Below, in pieces: positions 7,412 to 11,943 of a stretch of 11,943 nt of DNA; the stretch's first letter is position 1, and every line of letters starts with the position of its first letter. Source of the DNA: Candidatus Eiseniibacteriota bacterium (GTDB lineage: Bacteria > Eisenbacteria > RBG-16-71-46); the NCBI GenBank assembly GCA_041483195.1, contig JBGPFC010000061.1, positions 1 to 11,943 of the forward strand, written 5' to 3'. Under the pieces are notes generated by a model that saw nothing but the letters and a program-made list of their open reading frames with translations, did not search any database and was not told the origin of the DNA. Made by a program: the position numbers and the translations under genes.

Positions 7412-8893
7412 TCACCGCCCCGCGCTCGCCGCGCCCACTCGCGCCGAGTCGGCCTGCCCCACCCACACCGTCACCATCTCGTACTGAATCGGCACGGCCA
7501 TCGCGAACGAGCCGAGCACGACCGCCGCGGGCACGCTGGTGATCCCGCCGTGGCGCGTGCGCATCCCCCACCAGCGTTCGCCTCTGACATGCGCGCGCTC
7601 GACGTCGCCCTCCGTCACGCGGATCGAGTCGGGGATCAGGTACGCGCCCTCGTAGTAGGGCAGATGCGGATCGCTCAGCAGGAACCGGTAACGCGCGCGG
7701 CCCGGCAGGTGCTGCTCCAGCGTGAACAGGCTGTGCGAGTCCGCGCAATACACGAGGTCGCCGGGCCGCACGCGCGCGGCGAGGTATTCCACGGCGCGAT
7801 GCTGCGCGACCGATTCGGGAAACGGGTGGTGGAGCGCGAACGATCGCGCATCGAGCGCCACCAGCCCGATCGCGCCGATCCAGCGCGCCGCGCGCCAGCG
7901 CACGCCCGCGATGCCGGCGGCGACCAGCGCGCACCAGACGGGAAGCGTGAAGAACATGTAGCGCTCGACGAACAGATGGGCGCCGCCGCGGGTGAGCCCC
8001 CAGGTGAGCGCGATCGGGAACAGCGCGACGCACCACAGCAGCGACGCCCCGCGCCATTCGCGCTCGCGCCCGAGCGGCAGCGCGGCGGCGAGGAACCAGG
8101 GCACGACCAGGTACGTCGCGCCGATCGAGATCTGCCGCCCGAGGTTGAACAGGCCGCTCAGCGTCGAGGGCTTGACCCAGTGCTCGCGATTGCGGCGCAG
8201 CTGCTCGACGAAGGTCGGGAGCTGCGGCGCGAACATCAGCGCGATCGCGAGGTGGAGCCACAGCCAGTCGAGGAGCCGCGCGCGGTCGCGATGCAGCGCG
8301 ACCCCGCCCCACATGAACATGAACGCCAGCACCACCCCGGCGAGATAGTGCGTGTAGAGCGCGGCCGCCGCGCACAGCACGAACAGCACGGCGTCGCGGC
8401 GCCGGCCGTGCTCGATCCAGCGCCACGCCATCCAGGTCGCGAGCACCAGCAGCAGCCAGAGCAGCCCGTAGCTGCGCACCTCCTGCGAGAAGATGACGGC
8501 GGTGCGATGCAGCGCGAGCAGCCCGGCCGCGAGCAGGGCCGCGCGCACGCCGAACATCGCTCGCGCGATCCCGTACACCGCCGCGATGGTGCAGAGCCCG
8601 ATCGCGATCGAGAGCGACTTGAGCCACAGCTCGCCCTCGCCGCCGATCGCGCGCCATCCCCACACCAGGAGGGAGTGGAGCGGCGGGTGCATGTCCTGCG
8701 CGAGCAGCCGGAACATCCCGGGCACGCCGAGCCGCACCGTCCAGAGCGTGAAGATCTCGTCGAACCAGAACGGCGTGAGCGTGGCCTCGCGCACGCGCAA
8801 GGCCGTGGCGATCGCGAGAATCGCCGCGAGCATCCATGGCGCGGCGCGGCCGAGGCTCGAGGGCGCGGGGCGAGGAGCCGTCGATGCGTTCAG
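7412..8893 (-). CDS. GT-C fold glycosyltransferase (ArnT / PMT-like, family 39/83 type)
   Basis: After the first TM helix: TPFWFDEIFT (acidic DE pair), DMHPPLH, FSQEVRSYGLL, ALYTHYLA, ERYM. About 11-13 TM segments and a soluble C-terminal domain. Start uncertain: CTG 8893 behind GGAGG, ATG 8833, or 8986 as in the track. Confidence 0.88.
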   Translation of the reverse strand: MNASTAPRPAPSSLGRAAPWMLAAILAIATALRVREATLTPFWFDEIFTLWTVRLGVPGMFRLLAQDMHPPLHSLLVWGWRAIGGEGELWLKSLSIAIGLCTIAAVYGIARAMFGVRAALLAAGLLALHRTAVIFSQEVRSYGLLWLLLVLATWMAWRWIEHGRRRDAVLFVLCAAAALYTHYLAGVVLAFMFMWGGVALHRDRARLLDWLWLHLAIALMFAPQLPTFVEQLRRNREHWVKPSTLSGLFNLGRQISIGATYLVVPWFLAAALPLGREREWRGASLLWCVALFPIALTWGLTRGGAHLFVERYMFFTLPVWCALVAAGIAGVRWRAARWIGAIGLVALDARSFALHHPFPESVAQHRAVEYLAARVRPGDLVYCADSHSLFTLEQHLPGRARYRFLLSDPHLPYYEGAYLIPDSIRVTEGDVERAHVRGERWWGMRTRHGGITSVPAAVVLGSFAMAVPIQYEMVTVWVGQADSARVGAASAGR

Positions 8894-8920
8894 GAGGCCT
8901 CCGAGTGATGGTTGCTCCTC

Positions 8921-8948
8921 TGATCGGCATCCGAAGATCGCGGCTACA
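8921..8948 (-). promoter_or_regulatory. Sigma28 (FliA/SigD/WhiG)-like promoter motif facing the GT-C gene
   Basis: TGTAG (8948..8944), N15, GCCGATCA (8928..8921); 7/8 match to the sigma28 -10 consensus GCCGATAA, weak -35. Confidence 0.4.
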
Positions 8949-8966
8949 CGGTGTCCGACGCGCGCG

Positions 8967-8994
8967 TTCAGCGCAACCCGAGGCACGCCGATAA
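8967..8994 (+). promoter_or_regulatory. Sigma28-like promoter motif facing the HEAT-GT2 operon
   Basis: TTCAG (8967-8971), N15, GCCGATAA (8987-8994); perfect sigma28 -10 octamer, 49 nt upstream of ATG 9044. Confidence 0.55.
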
Positions 8995-9043
8995 CCCGAC
9001 CGGCCCCCTACCTTTGCTCCTCGGACCCTGACCGGACGGTGGC

Positions 9044-10135
9044 ATGGCGACACCTGACACGCGGAACTGGTTCGAACGGCTTCGCGAGCGCGCTCGCGGA
9101 CAGATCGCGCGTTGGTCCGCCCTGCTCGATCCCGGCTCCACCGAAGCGGGCGCTTCCGGCGGGACCGCGGCCGAGGCGGAGCGGCTCGCGCTGGCGTTCG
9201 CGCGTTTCATCACCGGCGAGACCGGCGGGTTCGCGCTCCGCCGCGTCATGGCGGCGGCGCGCCCCGAGGCGTTCTGGGCGGCGCTCGAGGCGTTCACCGA
9301 CAACATCGCCGGCGAAGAGTGGCGGGTGGTCTCGCGCGAGCTGCTTCCGCTCGACGAGGTGGAGAGCGAGTGCCGGCGCCTGCGCCACCCCTCGGCGTGG
9401 ACGCGTGCGCTCGCCGCGCGTCACCTCGGGCTGCTGAACGCGCGCGGCATGCGCGCGTCGCTGCGCGAGGCGATGCGGCGCGGGCCGTCGCTCGCGACCT
9501 TCACCGCCGCGCTGGCGCTCGCCCGCATGCGCGACCGGGAGGCGCTCGACTGGCTGCTGGATCATCCCGATGCCACCGCGCTGCGCAGCCGGCAGCAGCT
9601 GGTCGCGCTGCTCAAGCGCTTCGGGCGCGGCGGGGTTTCGATACTGCGCGAGGCGATCTCGGGTTGGACCGTTCAATCGCCGATTCATCTCGCCGCGGTC
9701 GAGGTGGTCGGCGTGTGGGAAGACCACGAGTCGCTCCCGGCGCTCGGGCGCATGTTGCGCGCCGGCGATCTGGAGGCGCGGGTCGCCGCGGCGCGCGCGC
9801 TGGGCGGCATCGGCGGCCGGAGCGCGCTGCCCGCGCTGGTCGCCGCGCTCGACGACCAGGCATGGCAGGTGCGCGCGCAGGCGGCGCGCGCGCTGGGGCG
9901 CATGCCCGACCCCAATTCGATCGCCCCACTCGGAGCCTGCGTGCGCGACGTGGCGTGGTGGGTGCGTCGCAACGCGGCCTACGCGATCGCGCTGCACGGA
10001 GCGGCCGGCCGCGTCACGCTCGAGGCGATCGCGCGGCAGCGGAACGACGTGTTCGCCTCGGAGATGGCGGCCGAAGTGCTCCAGCTGATCGAGTGGGAAC
10101 GCGAGAGCCCGGGAGGACTGTCCCGTGTGGCGTGA
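9044..10135 (+). CDS. HEAT repeat (PBS-lyase/HEAT_2-like) protein
   Basis: 363 aa, helical repeats such as LRHPSAWTRALAARHLGLL, GDLEARVAAARALGGIG, LDDQAWQVRAQAARALGRM and VRDVAWWVRRNAAYAIALHG. Overlaps the GT2 start by 11 nt. Confidence 0.9.
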   Translation: MATPDTRNWFERLRERARGQIARWSALLDPGSTEAGASGGTAAEAERLALAFARFITGETGGFALRRVMAAARPEAFWAALEAFTDNIAGEEWRVVSRELLPLDEVESECRRLRHPSAWTRALAARHLGLLNARGMRASLREAMRRGPSLATFTAALALARMRDREALDWLLDHPDATALRSRQQLVALLKRFGRGGVSILREAISGWTVQSPIHLAAVEVVGVWEDHESLPALGRMLRAGDLEARVAAARALGGIGGRSALPALVAALDDQAWQVRAQAARALGRMPDPNSIAPLGACVRDVAWWVRRNAAYAIALHGAAGRVTLEAIARQRNDVFASEMAAEVLQLIEWERESPGGLSRVA

Positions 10136-11567
10136 CCTGTCGTTCTGGGGCACTTGGCTCGGGACGCTGCTGCTCATCTACAGCCTCGGCGTGTGCCTCG
10201 TATACATCGGGCTCGCGCTGCTCGCGTTCATCGAGGCGCGCCTCCAGCGCCGGCGCGCGCGCACCGCGGACCGGTTGAGCCTGTTCGAAAGCGATCTCGC
10301 GCCATCGATCAGCATCCTGGTGCCCGCCTTCAACGAGGAGCCCACGATCGTGGACAGCGTGCGCTCGCTGATGCAGCTCGAGTACCCGAGCTTCGAGATC
10401 GTCGTGGTGAACGACGGCTCGACCGACCACACGCTCGATCGCATGACGCGCGCCTTCAACCTCCGGCCCTCGCGGCGCACGCTGCGCGCGCGCGTCCCGC
10501 GCGAGCGCGTGCGCGGCGTGTACTCCTCGCCCGACTATCCGTTCCTGGTGGTGCTCGACGTCGTGAACGGCGGCGGCAAGGCGCGCGCGGTCAACATCGC
10601 GCTCGCGTTCTCGCGCCACCCGCTGATCCTGGTGGTGGACGCCGACTCGGTGCTGGAACGCGACACCCTGCTCCAGCTCGCGCTGCCGTTCTACGAGGAC
10701 GCGTCGGTGCTGGCGGTGGGGGGCGTGGTGCGGCCGGTGAACGGTTGCATCCTCGAGCACGGCCGGGTGGTGGACTGCACGCTGCCCCGGAGCCAGATCG
10801 CGCGCTACCAGGTGGTCGAATACCTGCGCAGCATGCTCACCGGCCGGCTGGGGTGGACGCTGCTCGACAGCCTGTTCATCATCTCCGGCGCGCTCGGCCT
10901 CTTCTCGCGCGAGGCGGTCCTCGCGGTGGGCGGCTATCGCGACGGCAGCATGGGCGAGGACATGGACCTGTGCATGCGACTCCAGCGCTGGGCCGCCCGC
11001 AACCAGCGCCGGCTCGCGATCCGCTTCATCGGCGGCGCGGTGGGATGGACCGAGGTGCCGGAGACGCTCAAGGTGCTCTCGAAGCAGCGCTCCCGCTGGC
11101 ACCAGGGCCTCGCCGAAGCCCTCTGGTACAACCGCGAGCTGCTCTTCAACCAGCGCTTCGCGCTCCATCACGGCATCGCGTTCGTGTTCCAGCTCACGGT
11201 CGAGTTCATCGGCCCGGTGGTCGAAGTGGCCGGGCAACTCGTGCTGCTCGCTCTGGCGATCGCGGGCAAGGTGGATCTGGTGTTCTGCGTGATCTACTTC
11301 TCGATCTTCGTCGTGGGGGGAACGCTGCCCACGCTGCTCGCGATCGTCCTCGAGCGCGCGGCGTGCCCGCGCTTCCGCCGGAGGCGCGATCTCGAGGGGC
11401 TCGCGCTCTACGCGCTGTTCGAAAACTTCGGCTACCGCCAGCTCACGGCCTGGTGGCGCGTGATGGGACTGGTCAACACGCTGCGCGGAAGGCGCACCTG
11501 GGGCGAGATCTCGCGGCGCGGAGCGCAGCCGGCTCAGATCGAGACGAGCGAGTCGCGCGCCGCCTGA
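10125..11567 (+). CDS. Processive family 2 glycosyltransferase (cellulose synthase-like / PgaC-IcaA-like)
   Basis: GTG start with GGAGGA at 10112-10117. N-terminal TM, PAFNEE, VVNDGSTD, GGKARAVN, VDAD (DxD), GED and QRSRW (QxxRW), then C-terminal TM helices. Confidence 0.93.
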   Translation: MWRDLSFWGTWLGTLLLIYSLGVCLVYIGLALLAFIEARLQRRRARTADRLSLFESDLAPSISILVPAFNEEPTIVDSVRSLMQLEYPSFEIVVVNDGSTDHTLDRMTRAFNLRPSRRTLRARVPRERVRGVYSSPDYPFLVVLDVVNGGGKARAVNIALAFSRHPLILVVDADSVLERDTLLQLALPFYEDASVLAVGGVVRPVNGCILEHGRVVDCTLPRSQIARYQVVEYLRSMLTGRLGWTLLDSLFIISGALGLFSREAVLAVGGYRDGSMGEDMDLCMRLQRWAARNQRRLAIRFIGGAVGWTEVPETLKVLSKQRSRWHQGLAEALWYNRELLFNQRFALHHGIAFVFQLTVEFIGPVVEVAGQLVLLALAIAGKVDLVFCVIYFSIFVVGGTLPTLLAIVLERAACPRFRRRRDLEGLALYALFENFGYRQLTAWWRVMGLVNTLRGRRTWGEISRRGAQPAQIETSESRAA

Positions 11568-11589
11568 CGGCGCGCGCTTCGCCGGCGCG

Positions 11590-11829
11590 TCAGGTGCGGA
11601 CGAGCTTCACCATCACGCCCATCACGAATCTCGCCTCGACGCGATGGCCGACCGCGAGATCGGCGGGACACTCGGACGCCGACACGCGGCCGCTCACGGG
11701 GTGCTGGGGCTCGGCGTCGAGCGCGAGCGCGACATCCACGTAGCGATCGCCGTGAATGTTCACCGGCGTCAATGCGCGTACCGTGCCGGCTCGCGACTGG
11801 GGGAGGAGCAGGCTCACGGCGCGAAGCAT
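11590..11829 (-). CDS. Small hypothetical protein (75-79 aa), predicted beta-rich
   Basis: (MLRA)VSLLLPQSRAGTVRALTPVNIHGDRYVDVALALDAEPQHPVSGRVSASECPADLAVGHRVEARFVMGVMVKLVRT. Natural composition unlike the Arg/Pro-rich shadow ORFs, and it fills the gap after GT2. Start is ATG 11829 or GTG 11817. Confidence 0.6.
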   Translation of the reverse strand: MLRAVSLLLPQSRAGTVRALTPVNIHGDRYVDVALALDAEPQHPVSGRVSASECPADLAVGHRVEARFVMGVMVKLVRT

Positions 11830-11943
11830 GCGCCGCGATCGGGGCGCGATCAAGCTCGTTGAACGGGGGGGCGGGGCGCCGGGCGGGCGGGGCCGGCCGC
11901 CGCGAGCGGAAGACCCGCCCGGGACCGAGGCGCGCCACCCGGC

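Noticed and set aside
7401..7414. Terminator between the two convergent membrane-protein genes
   Set aside because: Only a 4-bp stem, made mostly of the complementary stop codons, with no U-tract.
6534..9053. 839-aa minus-strand ORF and other long shadow ORFs (4170..5462, 6089..7348, 7550..8908, 9112..10278, 10154..11743)
   Set aside because: Arg/Pro/Gly-rich off-frame translations overlapping better-supported genes.
1..11943. CRISPR array, tRNA/rRNA, transposase, integrase, prophage or defence genes
   Set aside because: No repeat-spacer periodicity, structural RNA gene signature or relevant protein motifs seen by eye.

Overview
High-GC window (about 70% by eye) from a diderm bacterium. Left edge (1-1551): the C-terminal end of a lower-GC VOC/glyoxalase-family gene, a 51-codon relic of a Hanks-type Ser/Thr kinase (absent from the ORF track) and a zinc-independent MDR-family NAD(P)H oxidoreductase. 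Centre-left (1594-5580, minus strand): a TPP riboswitch with a terminator/antiterminator platform controls a coupled two-gene operon, a sodium:solute symporter and a TonB-dependent receptor resembling the Bacteroidetes thiamine receptor family, probably a vitamin B1 (or precursor) uptake system. Right half (5655-11567): a cell-surface glycan cluster with a polytopic membrane protein carrying a TPR-like tail, a GT-C (ArnT/PMT-like) glycosyltransferase, and a HEAT-repeat protein coupled to a processive GT2 synthase. The last two transcription units diverge from back-to-back sigma28-like promoter motifs. A small convergent hypothetical gene and a G-quadruplex-like tract close the window. All family calls come from motif recognition by eye; no database search was run.
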